Part shown: positions 9,225 to 17,875 of the stretch, in pieces
Layout: each line of letters opens with the position of its first letter
Numbering within the stretch: the first letter of the stretch is position 1
Made by a program: the position numbers and the translations under genes
The notes under the pieces: model-generated
What the model was told of the DNA's origin: nothing
What the model saw: the letters and a program-made list of their open reading frames with translations, nothing else
The model's database searches: none
Assembly: GCA_038229695.1 (NCBI GenBank)
Contig: JBBROE010000003.1
Span: 16,006 to 80,005, forward strand
Reading direction: 5' to 3'
Length of the DNA: 64,000 nt
Source: Chitinophagales bacterium
GTDB lineage: Bacteria > Bacteroidota > Bacteroidia > Chitinophagales > Chitinophagaceae

Positions 9225-9854
9225 TTAGAGGAAAATGCGCATCAGCAGGGCGAAGCCGGTATCCTGCCTCGAATCTGAGGTTTTTTTGACAATATGAACG
9301 CCGCGGCGTGTCCACACCTTAAAAATTTCTCCTTTCTTTCTTTTAGCCAGTTCCCTGTCGATGAGGGGGATAATTGTTCCTTTGGCAATCCAGCCCAGGT
9401 CGCCGCGGGTGGCGCCTTCGCCGCCCATGCTATAGGTTTGCGCCAGGTCTTCAAAACTGGCGCTGTTATTCCTGAGCCTGAGGAGGATGCTGTTGGCCAC
9501 GGAATCAGCTATGCGTCGGCTGAATACACTGGTATCGATAAAAATCTGGCTGACGCGGGTGAATGTATTTGGCAGTCGGGCGAGGACCTCGACCAGTACC
9601 TTTCCTTCGTAAGGACCGTAAACTTTTTTCAGCGTGGCGGAGTATGCGAGGCTGTCGGCCAGCCCCGAAAAATGCGTGCTGTTGGTGATGGTCACCGTAT
9701 CGATCTTGTATTTTTTCTTCAGCGTTTCGCGGACATAGGCTACCGGGTTGGCGGCGTGTTCGATATTCGTTTTAATCTGCGCTACGGGCAGGGGCTGGCC
9801 CAGGCAATCGGCGGAAGCAATCAGCAGCAGGCAGGCGAACACAGTATTTTTCAT
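9225..9854 (-). CDS. secreted parvulin-type (PpiC) peptidyl-prolyl isomerase domain protein
   Basis: Signal peptide MKNTVFACLLLIASADC. The C-terminal part FEDLAQTYSMGGEGATRGDLGWIAKGTIIP..GEIFKVWTRRGVHIVK resembles a PpiC rotamase domain. Confidence 0.75.
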   Translation of the reverse strand: MKNTVFACLLLIASADCLGQPLPVAQIKTNIEHAANPVAYVRETLKKKYKIDTVTITNSTHFSGLADSLAYSATLKKVYGPYEGKVLVEVLARLPNTFTRVSQIFIDTSVFSRRIADSVANSILLRLRNNSASFEDLAQTYSMGGEGATRGDLGWIAKGTIIPLIDRELAKRKKGEIFKVWTRRGVHIVKKTSDSRQDTGFALLMRIFL

Positions 9855-9966
9855 GAGTGGTCCTTACAGTTGGTTTCGGGCTGCAAACATTCAACATTTA
9901 ACGGGGAAAAACAAATCGATCTGCGGCCGGCAACCCGGGCGCATCAGCCAGCGCGAAAACCGAGGG

Positions 9967-11235
9967 TTAAAAATAGCGCGGGCCTGTTGTATTCCAGAGG
10001 TCGCGGTAGCTGACCGTAAGGATAAAATTCACGTAGTTTTCTTTGATGAGGTTGGACTGTGTAGTGCCACGCTGCCCGATATCGATGCCCAGGCTGACCC
10101 CCAGTTTAGGGTTGCGCTTGCTGTTGACGCCATAACCAAGGGTAAGCCCAACTTGCTTCAACTGCTGGCCATTCACCTGCAGGTAAGAGTTGCCATAGTA
10201 GACACCAGCCTGCAGGTAACTTTTTTCGTATAGCGTGTTGAAGTAATTGACTTTGTTGGATGCCTCGAAGCCAACTGAAACACGGTTGCTGTTGCGGAGG
10301 GCATAGTTGCCACCGAAATAATTGGTAGCCGTCCATCCCGCATATTTATAATCCGCGTTAAGGGTATATTTTTTGTTTTTGGTGAGGCTGAAACCAAAGC
10401 CCGAGGCGTTCGGTAATTTAAAATCACTGTTATTAGCAAGGCTCGCGGTGTTGGAGATCTGCGAGCTGTTGTCGGTAACCGTAACGGACCCGTCAGTCTT
10501 TAACTTCTGGGTCGGGTTGTACGTGCCGCCGAGACTGAAGTCCCATTTCTTGTTCAGTGCGGTATAAAACTGGCCCCCGAAGAGAAAATTGAAATTTTTA
10601 TAGAAGATCTGCCTGGTGGTGGTGAGCGTGGTGGACAGGCCTTCTGTGGTAAGATTCTCGGTCTGGGTGAGTGAACCGAACAGGTAAGCCGCTTTAACGC
10701 CTACAGAAAAATGTTTGAAGGGTTGGAAAGCATTGCTCCAGTACACCTGGTTTACCCCGCCGCTTCCGTCGTACGTTACAGGGACACTGGAGTTGGTGCC
10801 CTGGATATTCTTAACAGAGCTAAAAAGGTAATTGGACGTGCTGTAAGGCATCAGCCCGGCACTGGAACCCCACCAGTTGGTGATTTTTGTACCGAGCGAC
10901 AGCCGCTTGATGGCAAAGTCTTTTCCGCTGGCGGAAGTGCCGGTCAGTGGTGTACCCGAGTAGTTGATGAATTGTCCCCTTGCCGCCAGTTCAAAGGAGA
11001 AGAACTGCTTCTGTAACGCGGTATAGGAAGCGGGGTTATTATTGATAAGAAAACGATCGCTGCGGTAAGCCTGGCCGCTGTTGGCCATCCCTCCGGTGCG
11101 GTTGTAAAAGTCAGTTTCTATGTCACCGATCCCGAGTATGGAATACGGAGAGTTGGTGGACTGGCTGAACAGTGTGGCAGACGACAGCAGGCAGGCCAAG
11201 AAGATAAGACCGAACGCGGTTTTCATGTATCCCAT
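9967..11235 (-). CDS. outer-membrane beta-barrel protein (FadL/porin-like), function unknown
   Basis: Signal peptide ..MKTAFGLIFLACLLSSATLFSQ, an SPYSILGIGD motif, alternating beta-strand pattern, terminal ..GPRYF aromatic residue. Its ATG overlaps the stop of the upstream gene (TAATG). Confidence 0.7.
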   Translation of the reverse strand: MGYMKTAFGLIFLACLLSSATLFSQSTNSPYSILGIGDIETDFYNRTGGMANSGQAYRSDRFLINNNPASYTALQKQFFSFELAARGQFINYSGTPLTGTSASGKDFAIKRLSLGTKITNWWGSSAGLMPYSTSNYLFSSVKNIQGTNSSVPVTYDGSGGVNQVYWSNAFQPFKHFSVGVKAAYLFGSLTQTENLTTEGLSTTLTTTRQIFYKNFNFLFGGQFYTALNKKWDFSLGGTYNPTQKLKTDGSVTVTDNSSQISNTASLANNSDFKLPNASGFGFSLTKNKKYTLNADYKYAGWTATNYFGGNYALRNSNRVSVGFEASNKVNYFNTLYEKSYLQAGVYYGNSYLQVNGQQLKQVGLTLGYGVNSKRNPKLGVSLGIDIGQRGTTQSNLIKENYVNFILTVSYRDLWNTTGPRYF

Positions 11236-12566
11236 TATTTATTCACTGAAATGTAATATACGTTCAGCTGTAATTTATTTTTTGCATTGTAAGCATCCCC
11301 GATAACCAGCCTGTTCGGTTTGGAAAAACGGGAATCTGCCGGGGGGAAGAGCAACAGCCCGTCTTTGTTGATGGCGGAATTGGTGATCTCCTGGCTAAGG
11401 TAACCGGTTACATCATAGGAATAGGTGGTGTTGATGCCATAGATATAGTCGATGCTCAGGTTACCCGTTTCCGCGAAGGAATTGCCTGCAGTGGCCGACG
11501 AAAGTGAGGGCCCCGGTTCATTGCTTCCATCTGTCTGGGCAGCATAAAGGATCGACGGGAGGGGGTAGGTACCGCTGTAGCTATTGGCGATCGGCTTCAC
11601 CACCAGGTCGGCCCTGATGATTTTTATAAAATCTGATCTTTCGAGCAGTTTGCGTATACTGGGAAAGCTGATTTTAAGGTACAATCCTGACAGTGTTTGC
11701 AGGTATCCCCGGTTACCCGCAGCGGTCGACAACAATTCGTTATTGACGCTATTCAGGGCGGTAAGCGGCGTGCCGGAACGGTCGGTATTCACCTGGTTAA
11801 ACTGGAGCGGTTTATTATATAGCGTGAAATCGAAATACTTGTTCTGCGGCCCCACATCTGTCTGGTGATAATACAGCCGGATAACTGCGCTGTCTTTGAA
11901 ACCAAAAATATTATTGCCGGTCGTGGAAGATATATTGAGGCCTTTAAAATAATCCGTGAAGAGATTTTTGTCGGTCAGCAGGGTCGACTTGGTTTTGATA
12001 AGGTTGTACAGCTCCATGCCCTTGGTGTCGGACAGCCTGATATTGGCGCTGTCGCCCGTCAGCGGACGCAATATAAAGCTTTTCGTGCCCAGGGAAGAGG
12101 AGCTCACCGGCCAGGAATCGATATTGTAAAAGGCCACCTGGTTTTCGGCGAATTTTATTTCCGACTGCAGCTGCCTGGCGGTAAGGGTGATGGGCAGGGT
12201 GGTGTCTCCATAAAAAGTACCATTGCACTTCATCAGTAAAACCAAAGAATCATACTGGGCATTATTAAGCAAATCCGTAAGGGTGGGCGGGCCCAGCTGG
12301 AGATAGGAGGTAGTGGTCGTCTTCCCGAAATACGGATCGGAATAACTCCCAGCAAGGATGGTCCCGCTCTGGGACGTAGGCACGGAATCCTTGTAAATTG
12401 TTGACACAACGGGCGCTATGGAATCCACCAGGATGATGTTGGTAATGCCGTTGTCTATATACTGCTGGCCATACTGGATAGCGGTTTTCTGGCAGCCGGT
12501 ACAAAATATAAAGAGGGAAAAAATTAAAGCAGAAAGAAAAGAAAAGGTACCGGGAAATGTCCGCAT
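11235..12566 (-). CDS. lipoprotein of unknown function (possibly DUF4270-like)
   Basis: The track ORF begins at GTG 12569; ATG is at 12566. Lipobox ..LFIFCTGCQK. The size and composition remind me of Bacteroidota DUF4270 lipoproteins, but that family label is not verified. Confidence 0.65.
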   Translation of the reverse strand: MRTFPGTFSFLSALIFSLFIFCTGCQKTAIQYGQQYIDNGITNIILVDSIAPVVSTIYKDSVPTSQSGTILAGSYSDPYFGKTTTTSYLQLGPPTLTDLLNNAQYDSLVLLMKCNGTFYGDTTLPITLTARQLQSEIKFAENQVAFYNIDSWPVSSSSLGTKSFILRPLTGDSANIRLSDTKGMELYNLIKTKSTLLTDKNLFTDYFKGLNISSTTGNNIFGFKDSAVIRLYYHQTDVGPQNKYFDFTLYNKPLQFNQVNTDRSGTPLTALNSVNNELLSTAAGNRGYLQTLSGLYLKISFPSIRKLLERSDFIKIIRADLVVKPIANSYSGTYPLPSILYAAQTDGSNEPGPSLSSATAGNSFAETGNLSIDYIYGINTTYSYDVTGYLSQEITNSAINKDGLLLFPPADSRFSKPNRLVIGDAYNAKNKLQLNVYYISVNK

Positions 12567-12727
12567 CACAAAAATTTGAGCAATGTTCGCTAATGAAGTG
12601 TTACGATTTTGTTAGTAACGACCAAAGATAGTTTTAACCCGCTAAAGGAGGGTATTTTATAGACCAGTATTTTCCTTTCAATTTGTTAACAATTTCTTTC
12701 ACGAAATTTAAAAGTCCCATTTGTCTA

Positions 12728-12735
12728 TATATTTG
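12728..12735 (+). promoter_or_regulatory. candidate -7 promoter box (TATATTTG) for the Kelch lipoprotein gene
   Basis: Matches the TAnnTTTG consensus in the 285-bp divergent intergenic region, ~120 nt upstream of ATG 12855. Confidence 0.35.
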
Positions 12736-12854
12736 CACTCCTTGTCCGGGATTTGACAGCAGTTTTACATTTTAACGATTCATGCAAGTACTGGACATGT
12801 TGTTTTCACACAAATACAGATACTTTTACCGCCAATAAAACAAAAATAACATTT

Positions 12855-13871
12855 ATGATGCGTGCATTTTCTTATGTTCTGCTGTTGGGAAGTTCTTTTC
12901 TAATGCTGTATGCGTGTACTAAAAATACTACGTCCAATTCTGACCTGGTCGGAAACTGGGTACGCCGTTCGGATTTTGACGGGGTAGCAAGGAGTGAAGC
13001 GGTTTCATTTACCGTGGGTGATACGGCGTATATTGGAACGGGTTACGACGGAACGGTACGGTTGAACGATCTCTGGAAGTATGATGTGATAAATAATTAC
13101 TGGATACAACGCGCTAGTCTTCCCGGAGATGCCCGCAATTCGGCTGTTGCCTTCAGCACTACCGCCAAAGGATATATCACGACCGGTTATAACGGCCTGG
13201 TCAAATTAAAAGATACCTGGGAGTTCACACCTGCCACCAATACCTGGGCTAAAAAAGCTGATTTCGGCGGAACAGCCCGCATTGACGCCGTGGCCTTCAG
13301 CATCAGTGATAAAGGATATGTAACCACCGGCAATGATGGAAATGATGTGAAAGATTTCTGGATGTACGATCCTGCTGCGGATAGCTGGACCCAGAAAGTG
13401 AGCCTTGGTGGTTCAAAACGAGAAGGGGCAGTAGCATTCGTGTATAAAAACCTGGGATACGTGGTTACGGGTATCAACAACGGTTCTCCCGTTAACGATT
13501 TCTGGATGTACGATCCGACTGCTGACAAGTGGACAGAAAAGCGTTTCATTACCAACGTAACCACGGAAACCTATGATGACGCGTATGGTACCAACCTCAT
13601 CACAAGAAGCAATGCCTCAGCCTTTGTAATGGGTGCCAAAGCCTATCTATGCACCGGGGAAAATGGCAGCATCCTCAAAACCGTTTGGGAGTACGATTTT
13701 GCCGGCGATACCTGGTTACAGAAAACTCCATGGGAGGGGCTCGAAAGAACCGGCGCCGTAGGGTTTTCAGTAAAAGACCGGGGTTTCATCGTTACCGGCC
13801 GTAACAGCACCTACCGGTTTGACGATATGCGTGAGTTCCTGCCCACTGCTGTCTACAATGCAAACGACTAA
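12855..13871 (+). CDS. Kelch-repeat beta-propeller lipoprotein
   Basis: Start refined to MMRAFSYVLLLGSSFLMLYACTKN (lipobox). Six repeats of the pattern R..AVAF..gdkgYv.tG.dg....nDfW.YDp..d.W (e.g. ARIDAVAFSISDKGYVTTGNDG, KDFWMYDPAADSWTQK). Confidence 0.8.
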   Translation: MMRAFSYVLLLGSSFLMLYACTKNTTSNSDLVGNWVRRSDFDGVARSEAVSFTVGDTAYIGTGYDGTVRLNDLWKYDVINNYWIQRASLPGDARNSAVAFSTTAKGYITTGYNGLVKLKDTWEFTPATNTWAKKADFGGTARIDAVAFSISDKGYVTTGNDGNDVKDFWMYDPAADSWTQKVSLGGSKREGAVAFVYKNLGYVVTGINNGSPVNDFWMYDPTADKWTEKRFITNVTTETYDDAYGTNLITRSNASAFVMGAKAYLCTGENGSILKTVWEYDFAGDTWLQKTPWEGLERTGAVGFSVKDRGFIVTGRNSTYRFDDMREFLPTAVYNAND

Positions 13872-14205
13872 TACCACGACAGGATTTATAATGGCCGGGG
13901 CAGTAATCATCGCAACCCTTGCGATAATTACGCTTACCAGGCCTGCGCCAGAAGCCACGGGGAAAGATATGCTTCCCGTGGCTTTACGGCTTTTGCCCAT
14001 TGACAGCGGATGGGGTTACGAAATACTGGTTGACCAAAAGATCTTTATTCACCAGGATTGTATCCCGGCCGTAGATTCTTTCCGTACGTTTAGCAGTAAG
14101 GCTGACGCGCAACGCATAGGGGAGATGGTGATGGAAAAAATAAAATCAGGTCAAAAGCCGGCTGTCACCCGCGAGGAAATTAGGGATAGCCATATCGCCT
14201 ATTAA
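13858..14205 (+). CDS. DUF4907-like small membrane-anchored protein
   Basis: N-terminal hydrophobic anchor (GFIMAGAVIIATLAIITL), then GWGYEILVDQKIFIHQDCIPAV..FSSKADAQRIGEMVMEKIKSGQ, as I recall for DUF4907. Start is uncertain (13858 or 13891); 13858 overlaps the Kelch stop by 14 nt. Confidence 0.6.
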   Translation: MQTTNTTTGFIMAGAVIIATLAIITLTRPAPEATGKDMLPVALRLLPIDSGWGYEILVDQKIFIHQDCIPAVDSFRTFSSKADAQRIGEMVMEKIKSGQKPAVTREEIRDSHIAY

Positions 14206-14226
14206 CTGTAGTTTGGGGGCGACCCC

Positions 14227-14931
14227 TTAGCTGTTTCTCTTCACGATCTCCATTAAATGACTGCGAAAACTGTTGCCGATGGGCACGATGCGGTCGCCGA
14301 TCTCCACTTCTTTCTTGGTGATGCTCTCCACGTGCTGCAAAGACACGATGTAAGAACGATGAATCCGTACAAAACGGTTGGCCGGTAACCGCTCCGCGAA
14401 AGTCTTCAGGTTCTGCAGGGTGATAATGGGTTTCGTCTTCCTGGCGGTATATACCTGCGTGTAGTCTTTGAGGCCCTCGCAAAAGATAATGTCGTCAAAA
14501 TTTACTTTGATGATGCGGTATTCAGACTTGATGAAGAAAAAATGCTCATCGCGTAATTTAGTCGTTTTCCTTCCAGCCAATAAATGCAGCATGGCCTTTT
14601 GCACAGCTTCCAGGAAATGGAGGTAGTTGAGACTGTCGCCTGTTACCAGCGGGTTGTACCCGGGTTGTGGCGGCGGGTGCTTGTCACGCGGCGGTGCCAG
14701 CCAGATGATAGCCAGTGGCTTCTCCCGTTCCGTCCACTCATGCTTTACCTGGGCCGCCCACTTGATGTTCAGAAAAAGAATATCGGCTCCCCCGGCATCG
14801 GTGTGCAACAGCGTTTCTTTGAGGGAACCGGTAACGGCTTCCAGGGTAAGCGGCTGGCTCTTTTCAATGAATGCCTTCAGTTGCCGGGTGGTCTCCGGAC
14901 TGTCTTTGAGCAAAATACATTTCAGGGTCAT
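14227..14931 (-). CDS. LytTR-family DNA-binding regulator with a degenerate (pseudo-)receiver domain
   Basis: Start refined to MTLKCILLKDSPE. The C-terminal LytTR domain is FFFIKSEYRIIKVNFDDIIFCEGLKDYTQVY..FVRIHRSYIVSLQHV. The receiver-like N-terminus has ADILFLNIKW where FLDI is expected. Confidence 0.85.
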   Translation of the reverse strand: MTLKCILLKDSPETTRQLKAFIEKSQPLTLEAVTGSLKETLLHTDAGGADILFLNIKWAAQVKHEWTEREKPLAIIWLAPPRDKHPPPQPGYNPLVTGDSLNYLHFLEAVQKAMLHLLAGRKTTKLRDEHFFFIKSEYRIIKVNFDDIIFCEGLKDYTQVYTARKTKPIITLQNLKTFAERLPANRFVRIHRSYIVSLQHVESITKKEVEIGDRIVPIGNSFRSHLMEIVKRNS

Positions 14932-15141
14932 GGTGGAATGGATGAAGCAGGCCTGCCGCGGCCGCATTTGCAATATAACAGCTATTCGGCGTAAAAGGGA
15001 CATTTCACCCAGGCGCCTCTGACGGATATCCCGAGGTATGGGCTGCCGCCTGGTTGCGGTGAACTTTAACAGGAAAAGCACCGTAAACAGCGCCTGCATT
15101 TTTACTTTTGTAAAGTATCGCCCGGGATACTACGATCGGCA

Positions 15142-15855
15142 ATGAAAACTGCCCGGCAGCGTTTATTCATGATAAAACCAGTCACTATGCGCATCCTCTT
15201 CTGCTTTACCCTTTTCCTGAGCGTGGCAGCAACAGCACAGCTTAAATCGTATAAGATTGGGGTAAATGGGGATACCCTGAACCGGGTAGAGCAGGATGGA
15301 AAAAAACAAGGAAAATGGGTAGTCCGCTATGATGAAGTGCGCGGTGAGCCGGGCTTTGAAGAAGAGGGTGTTTTCCTGAACGACAGGAAGGAAGGCACCT
15401 GGCGTAAATTCACGCTGATGGGTGACCAGTTCGCCGTTGAAAACTACCGGTGGGGCTACAAAGACGGCAAATCCCAGTACTTTAATATAAATGGCGACCT
15501 GCTGAAGGAAGAAAGCTGGCGGGCCTTCAATCCCGATAAGGTGTATGATACAATCGACGTGGAGGATGTGATGAAACCCGATCATTACAATAAAGTAGTG
15601 ATCAAAAACGAAGGATCATCGCTGAAACATGGCACCTGGAATTATTATGATCCTTCCTCCGGCTTCATCACGAAAACAGAGTTTTGGCGCTTGGGCAAAC
15701 TGGAACAGGGCGATAAAAAAGCCAGCGTGGCAACAAAGAAGCTGGCGACAGACAGCAGTTCCGCAGCAAAAGCAAAACCGAAGGAAGTGATGGATTTTGA
15801 AAAGAAGAATGCCGGAAAAAAGAAAATTAAATACCGGGACGGCAGCACACAATAG
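15142..15855 (+). CDS. MORN-variant repeat protein (YwqK-like), secreted
   Basis: Signal peptide MRILFCFTLFLSVAATAQ; repeats GKKQGKWVVRY, DRKEGTWRKF, YKDGKSQYF, KHGTWNYY; Lys-rich tail. Start could be 15142, 15169 or 15187. TACTTTTG box at 15103-15110. Confidence 0.7.
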   Translation: MKTARQRLFMIKPVTMRILFCFTLFLSVAATAQLKSYKIGVNGDTLNRVEQDGKKQGKWVVRYDEVRGEPGFEEEGVFLNDRKEGTWRKFTLMGDQFAVENYRWGYKDGKSQYFNINGDLLKEESWRAFNPDKVYDTIDVEDVMKPDHYNKVVIKNEGSSLKHGTWNYYDPSSGFITKTEFWRLGKLEQGDKKASVATKKLATDSSSAAKAKPKEVMDFEKKNAGKKKIKYRDGSTQ

Positions 15856-15874
15856 CACGCCGGTAATTGTATCA

Positions 15875-15899
15875 CCATCCCTTCCCGGATGGTTTTTTT
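15875..15899 (+). terminator. rho-independent terminator
   Basis: CCATCC (15875-15880) / GGATGG (15887-15892) stem followed by T7. Confidence 0.65.
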
Positions 15900-16066
15900 C
15901 TACCCGTTTTTTATGGTACGACATCGATTAGGAATCAGGAATCGGTTACCGGAAATAAATATGGTCGTTTTCAAAAATGGAATGAAAAACGTTATAGCTT
16001 TAGCAGGGTAAGGTACAGTCGCCTGAAATAACCCAAAGACCGCCTTACATTAACCCTCCTGCTTAT

Positions 16067-17698
16067 ATGAACCAGCTGAAGCCGGGCGACTACGCCATCT
16101 TTGCGGTATATTTTATTTTCATTTGTGCTTATGGCTATTACATCTACCGGCGAAAGCAGAACCAATCCCAGGGTGCAAAGGACTTTTTCCTGGCAGAGGG
16201 ATCATTATCCTGGTGGGCCATTGGCGCTTCGCTGATTGCCTCCAATATATCTGCGGAGCACTTCATCGGGATGTCCGGTTCCGGTTTTGCGCTGGGTCTT
16301 GCCATCTCCACCTATGAATGGATGTCTGCCGCCACCCTCATTATTGTAGCTGTCTTCCTGTTACCAGTCTACCTCAAAAATAAAATTTATACCATGCCGC
16401 AGTTCTTGCTGGTGCGGTATAATCACACCGTTAGTACAGTAATGGCAATCTTCTGGTTACTGGTGTACGTTTTCGTAAACCTTACCTCCATTATTTACCT
16501 CGGTGCGCTGGCTATTTCATCCGTATCCGAAATTCCTTTTTCCGTAAGTGTGGCGGCCCTGGCTTTCTTTTCCATCGTTGTAACCCTGGGCGGTATGAAA
16601 GTGATTGGTTACACGGATGTTGTGCAGGTATTTGTGCTGATGCTGGGCGGTTTAACCACTTGCTACCTGGCCCTGACGATGGTTTCCGGTCATTTTGGTT
16701 TTGGCAAGGATGCGTTCCGGGGACTGTTGTTGCTGAAACAGAAAGCACCGTCGCACTTTCACATGATCTTTAATAAATCCAACCCCTATTACAAAGACCT
16801 GCCCGGCCTGTCGGTGCTGATAGGGGGTATGTGGATCAACAACCTGGCCTACTGGGGTTGCAACCAGTATATCATCCAGCGGGCGCTGGGGGCCAACCTC
16901 AAAACAGCAAGAAGCGGGATCCTATTTGCAGGTTTTCTGAAACTGATAGTTCCCGTCTTCGCCGTGTTGCCGGGTATTGCTGCATATGTCCTCTACAATG
17001 AAGGGATGTTTACCCGCTCACTGAAAGACGCGTCGGGTGTGGTAAAACCCGATCATGCCTATCCTACCCTGCTTAATCTTTTGCCGGAAGGGTTAAAAGG
17101 GCTGGCTTTTGCAGCGCTGGTAGCCGCTGTCATTGCTTCGCTCGCGGGTAAGGCCAACAGCATCTCCACGATCTTCTCGCTCGATATTTATCGCCCCTAT
17201 TTTAATAAGGATGCCAGTGAAAAAACATTGATCCGCGTAGGCAGATGGACGGTTGTCATCAGCATGGTGATTGCGGCCGTCATCGCGCCCGCCCTCACTA
17301 CGCTCGACCAGGCTTACCAATTCATCCAGGAGTACGTCGGGTTTATTTCACCCGGTGTACTGGCCATATTCCTGCTCGGGATGTTCTGGAAAAGGACTAA
17401 TTCCGCCGCTGCCCTTACCGGCGCGTTACTCACTATACCACTTTCTGTTGTCATTAAGTTCTTACCGGCCTGGACAAACAACTGGTTTCCGGATTATGCC
17501 TTCCTCGACCGCATGACCATTGTATTTATAATAATTGTGACCATGATGGTTATCATTACGCTCGCGGACAGGAAAACAAAAGATGCTGCGCGTGTCATTG
17601 AAGTGACACCATCCATGTTCCGGACTTCCCCGGCATTCATCGCGGGGTCGATACTGATCTGTGGTATTCTGACAGCCCTGTATATTGCCTTCTGGTAA
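16067..17698 (+). CDS. sodium:solute symporter (SSS/SGLT family)
   Basis: 543 aa, ~14 TM segments; FFLAEGSLSWWAIGASLIASNISAEHFIGMSG is typical of SSS transporters. Confidence 0.9.
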   Translation: MNQLKPGDYAIFAVYFIFICAYGYYIYRRKQNQSQGAKDFFLAEGSLSWWAIGASLIASNISAEHFIGMSGSGFALGLAISTYEWMSAATLIIVAVFLLPVYLKNKIYTMPQFLLVRYNHTVSTVMAIFWLLVYVFVNLTSIIYLGALAISSVSEIPFSVSVAALAFFSIVVTLGGMKVIGYTDVVQVFVLMLGGLTTCYLALTMVSGHFGFGKDAFRGLLLLKQKAPSHFHMIFNKSNPYYKDLPGLSVLIGGMWINNLAYWGCNQYIIQRALGANLKTARSGILFAGFLKLIVPVFAVLPGIAAYVLYNEGMFTRSLKDASGVVKPDHAYPTLLNLLPEGLKGLAFAALVAAVIASLAGKANSISTIFSLDIYRPYFNKDASEKTLIRVGRWTVVISMVIAAVIAPALTTLDQAYQFIQEYVGFISPGVLAIFLLGMFWKRTNSAAALTGALLTIPLSVVIKFLPAWTNNWFPDYAFLDRMTIVFIIIVTMMVIITLADRKTKDAARVIEVTPSMFRTSPAFIAGSILICGILTALYIAFW

Positions 17699-17875
17699 GT
17701 ATACGACTGAGCTGGAAACCCTGATGGCATCCGCTTTGTAGGTGGACCGATACATCTTTGGAGTTCTGCTTTTATCAGCTCCCGGCTATTGGTAATAATT
17801 AGATAACGTAATTATACAACTGGCTTCATATAAACCCGGCACTTTTGCCAACCATCACTACTAAAACACACTGTT

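Noticed and set aside
7297-9315. Minus-strand ORFs at 7297-7977, 7800-8105, 8038-8559 and 8596-9315.
   Set aside because: All are antisense to carA/aroQ, whose identities are unambiguous. Their composition is Arg/Gly/His-rich, as expected for antisense frames.
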